From Rhynchobatus australiae (lineage: Eukaryota): DNA of 64,000 nt. The translations under genes were made by a program, and so were the position numbers. Shown here piece by piece: positions 1 to 12,463 of the stretch; the first letter of the stretch is position 1, and each line of letters opens with the position of its first letter. A model generated the notes under the pieces. The model did no database searches, had not been told where the DNA came from, and worked only from the letters and a program-made list of their open reading frames with translations. The DNA lies in the NCBI GenBank assembly GCA_034780895.1, contig JAUZTB010000127.1, forward strand, positions 63,010,908 to 63,074,907, read 5' to 3'.

Positions 1-372
1 TGAGAGGTGACCTGAGAGTGGTGTACAAGATGATAAGAAGCACAGATCGAGTGGGCAGCCAGACACTTTGTCCCAGGGCAGAAATGGCTAACATGAGGGG
101 GCATAATTTTAAGGTGATTGGAGGAACGTACGGGGGGATATCAGAGGTAAATTCTTTACAAAGAAAGTGGTCGGTGCACGGAACATACTGCCAGGCGTGC
201 TGGTAGAGGCAGATACATTAGGTACATTTAAGAGATTCTTAGATGGGCACATGGATGATATAAAAATGGAGGGGTATGTGAGAGGGAATGGTGAGATTGA
301 TCTTAGAGTAGGTTAAAAGGTAGGCATGATATTGTGGGCCGAAGGGCCTGTGCTGTAATGTTCTATGTTCTA
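1..372 (+). mobile_element. CR1-type LINE 3' end (truncated by window edge)
   Basis: Translates as RGDLRVVYKMIRSTDRVGSQTLCPRAEMANMRGHNFKVIGG (typical CR1 ORF2 C-terminus), followed by a gggccgaagggcctgtgctgtaatgttctatgttctatg tail. Confidence 0.9.
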
Positions 373-559
373 TGAATATGGGGAGAATACAATGGGAACA
401 GTGTGGGATAAGTGTAAAGTGGGTGCTTGATGGTTGGTGGGGTCTCGTTGAGCTAGAGGGTCTGTTTCCATACTGCATCACTCCATAACTAAAAGATTCA
501 CGTTGGCCAGGTTATGAGGCATGTAGTAGATAAAGACAAAGAACACATTTCTCTCTTGG

Positions 560-1350
560 CAGTACTGCAGGGTGCCCTTGACCAATCCAAGTCGTGGAAC
601 CCCAGTTTGGTGGCACTTGACTTTCATTGGTGCCATGGCAGGGATTATAACTGTGCTCTGCAGCACAACCAAAAGCCCACAAATGAGTGAAGAGCCAAGG
701 GAGGAGGGTTGCCGAAGAGCCATCTGTCCTTGCAGCTCAGTAGTTGAAACGTGGCAGAAGCAATTGGGGATGGAGGCGTCCTGCAAACTTCTCATCAGCA
801 TTTTCTTATGACAGTCACAGAGGACCTGTATGTTCAGGGAGTCTCTGCAGTTCATGACCATGCCTGAATTTGTGTGGAGAGTGGAGAGTCATATGTGGAG
901 TCACTCACTCCTTGAATCATCAGGCAAGTCTGTACAAATCCATGTTCTTGCAGCATCTGCTGTCCACTACTCAAGATGATGGAGGTTTAAGTCCCTCTCT
1001 TTGAATTAAAAGCACAAGTGGAGGTCCCACATGTAGGGATGAGCTGAAAATTCTGATATATGGCCATTGCCAGGAATGATCCAATGGCCAGGAAGTTCAG
1101 GGTAACCTTTGATATGAGAGGCAGCAATCACAGCATAGTGTATAGCCGGAGCTCATCAATGTCAGTGAAAACCTTAGCTGCCAGATGCATTGTTTCTTAG
1201 AGAACTGGAGGTAAGAGCATGCCTCCCTGAAGACTCTTGAAGAACAGGCTCTCCGGGCACTGCTCCTCGCCCCCTCTTCCTTCAGGTTCTTTTGGTAAGT
1301 TGCTCTTGCCCATATGCTTGTGTTCATGCTGCAGCCCCAGGGCAACCATT
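560..1350 (-). pseudogene. Degenerate PIF/Harbinger (HARBI1-like) DDE transposase fossil
   Basis: Minus-strand fragments in the expected order: RVFREACSYLQFSKKQCIWQLRFS, LPLISKVTLNFLAIGSF, NCRDSLNIQVLCDCHKKML. These resemble HARBI1-family RLRF, KVxxALNFxAxGSF and HSLNVQxVCD motifs. Frameshifted; boundaries approximate. Confidence 0.7.
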
Positions 1351-3199
1351 ACTAAAGCACCTATTGTTCAGAGGTAACTTAAGTTATCTCATCACTCACC
1401 CTGACTCTGAGCTGCAGTGTTCTGCCTTTCGAATGAAGTATACCATCATGTAAGGGAATCTGGAGGTATGGGGCCATTGCATGAAAGTGCAAAAGATCAG
1501 CCAGTCTTATTCAACAGTGGGGCAGGCACAAGGGGCAAATGTTCTGCTCTTGCTTCTGTTGCTTATGCTCCCATTCAATCTCCAACAAATTTGTGAAAGG
1601 TTATCAAACAGCATTTGTCTGAGGTGCCACCCTGCTATTCAAACCTGCCTTTCTAAGCACAGTTAGTAGTGTTAAGAATAGAACTGCAAATCAATTTCAC
1701 AGGTGAGCCTCCAAATAAATGTTCACAGGCATCAACATCAACTTTGCATGCTTTTTACACATCACAGGTGGGTGTGTCATGTTCACTGAAGTGCACAGTA
1801 GAAGTTTTCATCGCACGTGATGTGAACTATTAGTGGACATTTTGTGCTTCAAATTAATCAAACATCAGTTTATACAAAACATACACTGCAGAACTGAATT
1901 TCTCAGTTTAAGTATCCAAAGTGGGAAACTAAGATCCATCAAAGGGAAAGTTACACAGTTCACATAATATGTATGGTCGTTCTGAATTCACCAATGTGAC
2001 TGACTAGATTCACAGTATTCAGTTTAATCCAAAGAGTTCAGAAATGCTACCAATGCCACTGCAATTGGCCATCTGATAGGAGGATACCTTCATCATCCAG
2101 TTAGAGTTTTAATTGACTTCAGAGAACATAATCTGTTCTCCCCTCCTACCCCATGGTAGACAGTGAAGACCAACTTTAGCCAGTCTGGGACTCAAAGGCG
2201 TCTTGTTGCAACTATAAAACTGGCTGTCAAACAGTAAATGTATTTGATAGTTAATTCAGTTTGGGGCTAAAATTTAGTGTTTACTGACCAGTCTGTTTTA
2301 AGCTAACACAAAAAACACTGCAGATAAAGATTTATGGTGTTTGTAAACAGTTCCATTTTTAACTTAATCACTTGTGATAAACCTACACAGGTAAATATGT
2401 TGCTAAACTGCAATCTGCAATGTACACAGACGTTTAAGTCTGCAAGACAAATGGTTCGATTGAAAAAGCTGTATATTCAATGAGTAAGACACACATGATT
2501 AAATCTCAGAACTGCTGTTACAGATGTAGAACGAGTTGAAAAAGCACTTTTGTGTAACTAATAAATGATGATGTGTTTTATTTTAAAAGAACCCCCGGCA
2601 ATATCAATGTAGAGATCTCTATATTAACACTTCAACCACTGATTGATCTCTTTGCAGCTTTTGTTTCTAGACTTCAGTGTGAATGAACATTGCATAATAG
2701 GCTTAGTGACCAGAACAGAATCATTAAGTACTTCTTCTTCAAAAATAAATAGTAGCTTTATCACAGGGTTTCCCACATTTCAGGAATTACTGAAGTTAGA
2801 TTTGTTAGTACAACAACATGCATTGTTACAGCAGTCCTCACGCAGAGAAATACCTCAAAGTACTTCACAGACAATGGAAAAGAATACACAGAGGAAAAAT
2901 AGAAGTGAGGCTTGGGAGGGTGATAGCAGAAGCAAACTGAAGGATCACGCAAATGCAATACGTGAGGGGACTGAGTGAAGNNNNNNNNNNNNNNNNNNNN
3001 NNNNNNNNNNNNNNNNNNNNNNNNNNNNNNNNNNNNNNNNNNNNNNNNNNNNNNNNNNNNNNNNNNNNNNNNNNNNNNNNCTGAGTGAAGGGTGTTTACA
3101 ATTGCCATCAGAGAGTATAAATGATGGAAATGGCAACCAAGGTTCAATTCTAGTAATAGCTCCCCAGAAAATGAAACAGTCTGTGCTTGCAGGCAGCAA

Positions 3200-4090
3200 G
3201 ATGTGGATATGACATTCGGGCATAGGCTGATAAGTGGAAGTAACAGTCAGGCGATAGAGGTGCCAGGCAATGACCATCTAACCACCATCCTTGATATTCA
3301 ATGATATTGCCAGTGTAGTCATCTGTATTGGTGGCAATACCTCACTATCAACAACCTGGAGATCACCACTGACTAGAATGTATTGTGCTGGCAATTTGCA
3401 TAGAGTGCCCACTGCACCAGATCAGAAGCTTCATACCCTGTGATGAGTGATTCACTTCCTAACTACCAAAGCCTTCAGAAAGGCTGTGATGACTACTCTC
3501 TTGTTTGGATGAGTGCAGCTTGGCAACACTGATGTTCAACACCAATGAGGACAAAGCAGCTTGCTTGATTAGCACTTCTTCCACTGCCCTATACATTCAT
3601 TCCTTCTTTCACTGACATAACAAAGTTACATTGTGTACCATCTACAAAATGAAGTGCAGTTTCTCACCAGACTTCTGAACCTGCAACTCCTACATCTAAG
3701 AAGGACAAAGGTGCAGAAAAATTACCCCCTAAAGGTTGCTCCCCAAAGTTCAAATTGACTTGGAAGTGTTTTGCTATTTCTTCATCAAGACTGGGTCTGG
3801 AACTCTCTGCCCAACATGACTGTGGGAATACCTTCATTCGAAGGACTGCAGCAGTNNNNNNNNNNNNNNNNNNNNNNNNNNNNNNNNNNNNNNNNNNNNN
3901 NNNNNNNNNNNNNNNNNNNNNNNNNNNNNNNNNNNNNNNNNNNNNNNNNNNNNNNTTCCAACAACTGTGGGAGCACGTTCATTAGAAGGACTGCAGCAGT
4001 TCAAGAAAGGTTTTCAGGTATAATTAATGCAGGCATTACCACAGCAATAAATGCAGGCATTACCAGGGAAGCCACATCCTATGAATGAAG
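3200..4090 (+). mobile_element. Degenerate CR1/L2-superfamily LINE, 3' portion of RT ORF plus 3' UTR
   Basis: Remnants of WADKW, CQAMTI, WMSAA, DKAACLI and CTIYKMxCS motifs, with many indels. Contains the 100-N gap at 3856-3955. Confidence 0.7.
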
Positions 4091-4483
4091 AAAATGTGTT
4101 ACGGGAATGACTTTGGAGAAAGTGTCCTACGAAATATGGTTAGGCGAATACATGGAAGCATCTGAAAGGCAAGAAAGATTCAGTTCCCCGAGGAAAGGGC
4201 AGTGAAACAAACTAAGGTCTTGGGAAATGGGCTGCGAATTCAGTGTAAGTTTGAATGTAGGTTGTGATGGAGTGATGGAAACCTGTGTCAGAAAACAATG
4301 GCATGCATAAATGAGGGATTTGCAATGAAACAGTGCAATTGCTGACAATACAATGGAGATGAAAGTGATCATGACAATGTATTATTTTGCTTGTAGAGTT
4401 TCCAGAGCATTTCTGCATTGTTCTCTGTTTATTGGAAGAGGTCTGCGTAAAACTGATTTGTAACTAAACTAATTACAGGGTTC

Positions 4484-4613
4484 CTGATGCAGGGTTTCAA
4501 CCCGAAATGTCGACAATTCCTTTCCTCCCACAGATGCTGCTTGACCCATTGAGTTCTCCCAGCAGATTGTTTGTTGCTTCAAATTCCAGCATCTGCAGTC
4601 TCTTGTGTCTCCA
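4484..4613 (+). mobile_element. Penelope-like element terminal fragment with degenerate minimal hammerhead motif
   Basis: ctgatgcagggtttcaacccgaaatgtcgac followed by gatgctgcttgacccattgagttctcccagca...ttccagcatctgcagtctcttgtgtctc. Same family as the arms at 23338-23550. Confidence 0.65.
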
Positions 4614-7600
4614 TTGTATCTAATCTAACATTGAAATGCTGTTGTTTGTATATTTCTTTAGTAGCCCACTGCTAAGATATGTCCACCAAACATTGTGCTG
4701 GGAATGGGGATCCCCTTTATTGCACAATAATAGAAGTGCAACAGTAGAGGCAGAAGGCTGGGGATGAGGCCTCATGGAAGAACATAACAGTTCTGGTAAT
4801 TCTGTCAGTGGAATTTGTTCTCATGTTGTTACTTAGGCAAAAGCGGTCCCAGGAAGTACCTATCAGCAAGATCAACAGGGAAACTGGGTTACGTTTTAGC
4901 AGTTTCAGGTAATGCAACTAGGAATTTCTGGGGCTTTCTATTGCAGTGTAATAATCTTCCTTTTGACTAACTAATTTGGAAAACTGGTGTATGTGTGGAC
5001 TGTGTAGCAGATACTAGAAGTAGGGCACTCCTCCAAATGGAGCACTGATGCATGGTTTAGGTGTCTCAGTGAGACAGCAGACTAAATCTTTCCAGTAATG
5101 GGAAAAGAACCAATCCTGTCCCTGTAAATAGCCTTTCCATTGCGTCGATTTCCGACTACGTTTCCAGTACCATCAACTGGGGAAATGAGATTGGTTATTT
5201 TGTTACCCAAAGAAGCACCGAGGGTTCAAGAGGGTTCAACACACCAATATAGGCTGAAAATGAAATTCCATACTGCATAGCATTTTGCTTGAGAGCATGC
5301 CTGACTGAAAACTGATCAGTAACAGCCAGAACGATAAACTATTCAAACTTCTGGACTGTCGTAAATAAACATTTTGAGGCAATGAGGAACTGCTTGATCT
5401 CCTCAGCCTGACCACTTCCAAAGCTTCCAGCTATAAATTAGACAGGAATGATCCAATTGTCCAGGAAAGATGTTCAAACCAGCCAATAATTTGAATTAAG
5501 GTCATCTGTTAATGTTTAGATAATCTGGCAAATTTAGTACTTTGGATATGAAATTTATGATGTTGAAATATAGTGTCAAACTTTTCCATTGATCCCTTGT
5601 AAACATTTTATGAATTGAATCACTGTTAAAGGGACAAGTTCTGGAGTAAGGAATCCATACTATATCACCCAGCTGATGTAATTCCACAGTTGCTTCCAAT
5701 TTTCCCCAAACAAAAATGTATGTTATACATTCTGGGACCCCTCTTAGCTTAATTAAAACCATTCTGTTTGTATAAAATAATCGTTTCCATTTCCAGAAAA
5801 AAAAGCAATTTTGATTCAACCAGGAAAAAAGAAAAGCTTGGCAAAGCAGGGAGCAAATCTGAATCTGACACCATCTCCAGAGGAAAGTGTTGGTTCGGGT
5901 TTATTCTTAGGAAGGTTGGATAGTTAGTTTTACACAGGTATAATCGGTTAGGATCTAATTAATTACTATCATCCTTTTCATACGAGAGAATTGCTTAGCG
6001 GTCATTTCTCTGAAAAACATAATGTGGAGTTTTTAATCATCTTTGATTAACCTAAATTTCTGCCCCAAGCACTATCTCTGTGCTTGTGGATATTCTATTT
6101 ATCCATTAGTAACTTAAAAATGTAGAACCTGATATTACAATTCATTCTGGTTTAGTCTTGTTTGTGGATTCAGAAACTTAATCGGATGGTACTTTTCAAT
6201 TTCCCTGTAAACATGGGGAATGTATTTTAGTTATGTTGTGTCAATACAGCTAGTGCTGTTTGTTGATGGTGTGTGCCTTGCTCCTATGTTCAAAATGTTA
6301 ATGCATTTCTACAGTGTATGTGAACATAATCCAAGTAAGAGAATCAATTACAATCTTAGCAGGTTATTCAAAAAAAATGCACAAAACAATCAAAACAAAA
6401 CAATCTTGGATGGAGTTAAAGAATGAATATGACTTGATTGATATTCCTAAACCATTTTAAGTGCACAAGGAATCCAGCTCTCCCGCTCTTTCTAAACTCT
6501 AATTATCCCCAGTTAAAGCACTGGAGCATGGCTTTGGTTGTTGCAAATACACAGGTTTAGAGAAAGAAGATGTGATGGTGGAAATACTGAGTCGAATCAA
6601 ACCTAACTAGACTTTTGCTGATTCCAGAAGTACAGCTCTTAAAATTATTTGGCATGTATTGTGCATATGCATATTCAAACATGTAAACTAAAGAACTGCT
6701 ATGCCTAGAGATGTAACCAGAAGTAGATATTAAGGAATCAAGTTTTCTTATTTAACATTGTATTGGAGGTGGAGTCATGTTGATTAGCTAATATGCTCCC
6801 TGCAATCAACCAGTGAGAGAGTAGCTTGGCTTGAGAGACAGAAGCAAGGGAAACGTCGGTGCAGGAGAAAATGCCTCGTTTGAATCAAAGCAGAATCTAT
6901 TGTTAGTATCTTGTACAAAGCTTGACTAATGAAGTCATTGAGCAAGTTGGTGCAGTACATGAAATAGTGGGGGCTAAGAGAGTATAGCCTACCAAATCAA
7001 ATTAAGGGAGCAGGAATGAGACTTGTTACTCCCTTTAGTTTGGGTTTTAAGATAAGGCTCTACCATAATGACATTGACCATCAGCGTGGATAAATATTAA
7101 ATGCTGATGAATATCAGATTGATTAACAGAAAAGGTGGCCCAGAACCAATGAGATATCTCGATGGTTTCTGATCAAAGCCACCTGATTGTACAGGTTCAT
7201 TCTATATGTCATGCTTTAGCCTTGTTCTTTGTAAGCACCAAATTCAATGGCTGTTTTAACCTAGAATCCTCTTCCTATCGAAATACTTTGTAAATGTTTG
7301 AGAAAATGTATGATATTTAAGGATGATTATTTATTTCTAATTGATAATGATCTCTCTAGTGATGTTCTCATTTTCTGTGTATTTCAACAAAACAACTGGA
7401 TTAATAAAGAGTAAGGATTTTCATAAAATTCAAATTTTCATAAAATATAGCTGCAAAGTAAGAATGGGCCATTGAGAGAAAATTAGTCAGGCTTTTGAGG
7501 ACAGGATTTTAAACAACCTTTGCAACACATCTGAATGAAAACATCCCAAACATAAATATTCTATCTCAAGTTAACACCACTAGCAAACAAACATAATTTC

Positions 7601-8084
7601 TAGACAGCTATAGAGACTAAATAATTTGAAAAAAATCAAATGTAGTCCATGTTTTATTAGATTTAAAAAAGATGAAATGTCAATGTAACAATTCAATTAG
7701 ATTCCAATGCAGAATAAATCATCCCTTTCATCTATTGTGTTGCTATCAAACTAAAATGAATTAGCCTGTGGTAATGTATCCTGTCATCATTTTCATCCAC
7801 GAAAAAACGATAGGGACATTTGGACGGTTTCTTTATTTTTGTCATTTTGGAGTACCATCTCCCCCCACATGAAGAACCACTGGTGCATGTCCTGAAGTGC
7901 TCATTGTTATGTGAACCAAAACACAGTTCAAGCCCAATTCTCCAGCTGTCTCTTCTTATTCAAACACTGAGCTCAAAATTTGGACACAAAATAACTATTG
8001 CCTAGGTGCCGACTTAGATTCAATATAGTGACCAAAACTCATTTTTGCCATGGCCACTATATTGGTAAGAGCGTTAAGATGTAC

Positions 8085-8920
8085 AACAACAATGCCCATT
8101 GGAAGAATGCATTGTAAGCATTTCCCTCAGTGTCAGCAAAACAAAAGAGCTGGTCATTGACTTCCAGAAGGGGGGAAGTGCACACACTCCTGTGTACATC
8201 AAAGGTACTGAGGTCAAGAGGGTTGAGAGCATCATGTTCCTAGGAGTAAAGATCACCAATTGTCTGTCCTGGTCCAACTACGCAGATGTCATGGCCAAGA
8301 AAGTGCACCAGTGCCTCTACTTCCTCAGGCGACTGAAGAAATTTGGCATGTCCACTTTAACCCTCACCAATTTTTAGGATGCGCCATAGAAAGCATCCTA
8401 TCTGGATGCATCATGGCTCAGTATGGCAACTGCTCTGCCCGGGACTGCAAAAAACTGCAGAGTATTGTGGACACAGCTCACCACAGCACAGAAATCAGCC
8501 TCCCCTCAATGGACTCTGTCTACACTTTTCGCTGCCTCAGTAAAGCAGCCAACATAATCAAAGACCCTACCCACCCTGGATATTCTATCTTCTCCCCCCT
8601 CCAACTGGGCAGTAGATACAAAAGCCTGAAGGCACGTATCACCAGTCTCAACAGCTTCTATCCCGCTGTTAAAGACTATTGAACAGTCCCCTTGTATGTT
8701 AAGATGGTTTCTTGATCTCGTTATGACCTTGCACCTTATTGTCTACCCACACTGCACTTTCTCTGTAACTGTAACACTTTATTCTGAATTCTGTTATTGC
8801 TTTCCCTTGTACAACCTCAATGCACTAATGTGATGAAATGATCTGTATGGATGGCATGCAAAACAAAGCTTTTTACTGTACCTTGGTTCATGTGACAGTA
8901 CTAAGCCAATTTACCAATTT
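8085..8920 (+). mobile_element. Rex1/Babar-clade LINE, 5'-truncated
   Basis: ORFs 8099-8377 (SKTKELVIDFQK...LYFLRRLKKFG) and 8260-8682 (IESILSGCIMAQYGN...IIKDPTHPG...NSFYPA) are the frameshifted RT C-terminus, followed by the 3' UTR and a ccaatttaccaattt tail. Confidence 0.9.
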
Positions 8921-9089
8921 ATCATAACATCAACCAGCATACAACATTGTTTTGTCACAAGTATTTCTAAATTGGAGCTCAACACTCCAAAAAGACCATT
9001 CGCTATTTGCAAGTTAGTTGCTACTTGATTTATATTCTTCATTGCTATAACTCAACAAGGATTTGATGATTTCTAGATCTTTGGAAATA

Positions 9090-10545
9090 GAATTTATTTA
9101 TTATTATCAATTGTACCAAGGTACAGTGAAAAGCTTGTCTTGCATACCGTTCATACAGATCAATTCATTACACAGTGCATTGATGTTGTACAAGGTAAAA
9201 CAATACAGAATGCTGAGTAAAGTGTCAGCTACAGAGAAAGTGCAGTGCAGTTAGACAATAAGGTGCAAGGTCATAACAAAGTAGATTGTGAGGTCAAAAG
9301 TCCATCTTATTACACTAAGGAACCATTCAATAGTCTTATTACAGTGGGATAGAAGCTGTCCTTGAGCCTGGTGGTATGCGGTTTCAGGCTTTTGTATCTT
9401 CTACCCTGTGGGGGGGGCGGCGGGGGGGTGAGAAAATAGAATGTCTGGGGTGGGTGGAGTCTTTGATTATGTTGGCTGCTTTACCAAGGCAGCGAGAACT
9501 GTCGNNNNNNNNNNNNNNNNNNNNNNNNNNNNNNNNNNNNNNNNNNNNNNNNNNNNNNNNNNNNNNNNNNNNNNNNNNNNNNNNNNNNNNNNNNNNNNNN
9601 NNNNNNNNNNNNNNNNNNNNNNNNNNNNNNNNNNNNNNNNNNNNNNNNNNNNNNNNNNNNNNNNNNNNNNNNNNNNNNNNNNNNNNNNNNNNNNNNNNNN
9701 NNNNNNNNNNNNNNNNNNNNNNNNNNNNNNNNNNNNNNNNNNNNNNNNNNNNNNNNNNNNNNNNNNNNNNNNNNNNNNNNNNNNNNNNNNNNNNNNNNNN
9801 NNNNNNNNNNNNNNNNNNNNNNNNNNNNNNNNNNNNNNNNNNNNNNNNNNNNNNNNNNNNNNNNNNNNNNNNNNNNNNNNNNNNNNNNNNNNNNNNNNNN
9901 NNNNNNNNNNNNNNNNNNNNNNNNNNNNNNNNNNNNNNNNNNNNNNNNNNNNNNNNNNNNNNNNNNNNNNNNNNNNNNNNNNNNNNNNNNNNNNNNNNNN
10001 NNNNNNNNNNNNNNNNNNNNNNNNNNNNNNNNNNNNNNNNNNNNNNNNNNNNNNNNNNNNNNNNNNNNNNNNNNNNNNNNNNNNNNNNNNNNNNNNNNNN
10101 NNNNNNNNNNNNNNNNNNNNNNNNNNNNNNNNNNNNNNNNNNNNNNNNNNNNNNNNNNNNNNNACTGATTGCAGTCTGTTGGTTAGAAAGTCAAGGATCC
10201 AGTTGCAGAGGGAGGTGTTGAGTCCCAGGTCTCGGAGTTTGGTGATGTTTGCTTGGAATTATTGAAGGTGGAGCAGTAGTCAATAAACAATAGTCTAATT
10301 TTGGTGTCTATACTGTTCAGATGCTCCAGGAATGAGTGTAGGGCCAGGGAGATGGCGTCTGTCGATGATGTTTTGATGGCAGGCAAATTGCAGTGGGTTG
10401 AGGTTTTCTGGGAGGCTGGTGTTGATGTGTGCCATGACCAGCCTCTCAAAGCACTTCATGATGGTGGATGTCAGAGTCACATTACCTTGTTTTTCTTAGG
10501 TACTAGGATGATAGTGGTCTTCTTACAGCAGGAGGGAACCTCAGG
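9090..10545 (-). mobile_element. Rex1/Babar-clade LINE, 5'-truncated, interrupted by a gap
   Basis: Minus-strand [32 protein letters not shown] and [14 protein letters not shown]...RLLFIDY RT motifs. Its 3' UTR at 9090-9400 is the reverse complement of about 8600-8900. Confidence 0.9.
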
Positions 10546-11309
10546 TTTTTTTTAATGTTACTCCAGGTGCTGAAAAACATCATCTTGCGGACAAGCTTCT
10601 GTATAAATCAATTGCTTCCAGTCTTGCATGTTCTCATAGATATTCCCCTTCTCGAACAGCCCAAGTGTGGATGCAAGGACTGCAGGTGGGGATTGCTCCA
10701 GTACAATCCAGTGGCATGGCTGCATGCACCTTACTTTGTGGGCTTGGTTTTGGTTCAGGGTCCCATTGACTGGATACACATTACTTTCACAGGATAACTT
10801 AGTGATCACTGCAGCTGAAAGAGATTCCACGCTGGCAGTGACCAGCTGGTTATGTGACAATACACATCCCACAGGCAAATGCTCAGTACCTTGTCAGCAG
10901 ACATGATGCATTGATTCCTCTGCTCCATCTGCACTTAAACCACTGTGACAAACAAAAGGGCTACTGATGAGTGACAAGATTGTCTCCCGATGACAGTCTC
11001 CAAATTCCTTCTGATGGTATTACAGCTTAAAAGGTGAAGGCTGGCTTTAATTAGTCCGAGTTAGGTGCATTTGGCACAGATCACTGAAAAATTGCACAGT
11101 GAAGTGGATGGTTAGCATTGGCTGAACACTGAAATATTTAGAATGGATAGACACTTGGTGTACTGCCTTGCCAGTGAACAAATGAATAAGGCATAATTAT
11201 GCATCATAATCATCTTATCCATTTTTATCGTTCTCCAAATAGTTGCCCAATGGACTGGTTTGTGATTGCTGAGGTAAATTTCAGAATCTGAATTAATGAC
11301 TTGGGAGAG

Positions 11310-11690
11310 ATCATAGATTCCTACAGCACAGGGAATGGGCCCTTCTGGTCTACTCCATCCATGCCAACTGTCATGTTTATCTACGCTCATTCCATGTATG
11401 TGCATGAGCTCCATATCCCTCCCCCCCTTTCCCATCCAAGTACCTGTCCAAAAGCCTTTAAAACATTCTAATTGTATCTGCCTCCACCACTTCCTCTGGC
11501 AGCTCGTTCCAGACACTCACCACCCTCTGTGTGAAAAACTTACCCCTCAGACTTCCTTTGAGTTTCTCCCCTCTCACCTTATATGCCCTCTAGTTCTAGA
11601 CTCCCCTGCCCTGGGAAAAAGATTCTATCTCTCCTATTTGTGCTCCTCATAACTTTATAAACCTCTATAAGGTCATCCCTCAGCCTAATC
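11310..11690 (-). mobile_element. CR1-type LINE 3' end
   Basis: Reverse of the family at 1-372: ctccaccacttcctctggcagctcgttccagacactcaccaccctctgtgtgaaaaacttacccct...cttttataaacctctataaggtca. Confidence 0.85.
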
Positions 11691-11699
11691 ACTGCAGTT

Positions 11700-11923
11700 T
11701 AGCAACATTATGACCACTTTGCTCTAAAATTGAATTTTTATTTGTTTTAACTGCACTCTTTATTGTAAAAATTATCTATAGTTTATGTTTAATGTATGTT
11801 TTCTTTGTGAATGCTGCTTATCTGATGCTATGTGCCTGTGATGCTGCTGCAAGTAAGTTTTTCTTTGTACCTGTGCACACACGGACTGGTGCAGATGACA
11901 ATAAACTCGACTTTGACTTTGAA
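11700..11923 (+). mobile_element. Rex1/Babar-type LINE 3' UTR fragment
   Basis: gtgatgctgctgcaagtaagtttttc...gatgacaataaactcgactttgactttga, i.e. an AATAAA signal plus short tandem tail. Confidence 0.6.
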
Positions 11924-12387
11924 CTTTAATGTCTAGGAGAGAATGGAATAGGGAGACTATCTGACTGAGGTGTCAGTGACACAGATCAGTTTAAATTAAA
12001 CCCTGGGATTGTGAGGAGAAAGCTCTTCCTTCATTCGGAGTGAATAAACTGGGAATGTTTTGCCTCTGGGAATTACTGAAGTGGAATTAAGAGCATGCTG
12101 GAATTTCGAAAGAGACAATAATATAAAGTCATGGGGAGGGGACAGGATTGCGGCCTTGGACTTGGGTCACACCAGCACTGAAATGACAAGCTGAAGGGCC
12201 TCCTGCTGCACTCCGAACTCTTAAACGTTGTGTGGTACTGGTGGAAGATATCGGTGGAGTGAAGCAGATGGGTACTGGGGAGTGAGCTTCATCGTCAATG
12301 TAACCTCACAATACTCAATCTGGAAACGTTGGGCAGACAGCTGTATTTGATATTTAACGTCTCCTGCAAATATTTGGTATTAGCAAT

Positions 12388-12463
12388 ATTGGTATTGGTA
12401 TTGGTATTGGTTTATTATTGTCACTTGTACCGAGGTACAGTGAAAAACTTGTCTTGCATACCG
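12388..12463 (-). mobile_element. Rex1/Babar-type LINE 3' tail running into a gap
   Basis: (ttggta)n followed by tttattattgtcacttgtaccgaggtacagtgaaaaacttgtcttgcatac. Homologous to 9095-9150 and the reverse of 32520-32588. Confidence 0.8.

Noticed and set aside
824-850. Minus-strand ...LNIQ resembling the DACH DD2 start ETLLTNIQ
   Set aside because: Context fits the Harbinger SLNIQVLCD motif; no good splice donor and no FPxPF...LSSxE upstream.
2643-2978. 111-aa plus-strand ORF with a Q/K/R-rich tail
   Set aside because: Non-ATG start, no recognisable domain, antisense to DACH, no convincing splice sites, and it runs into a gap.
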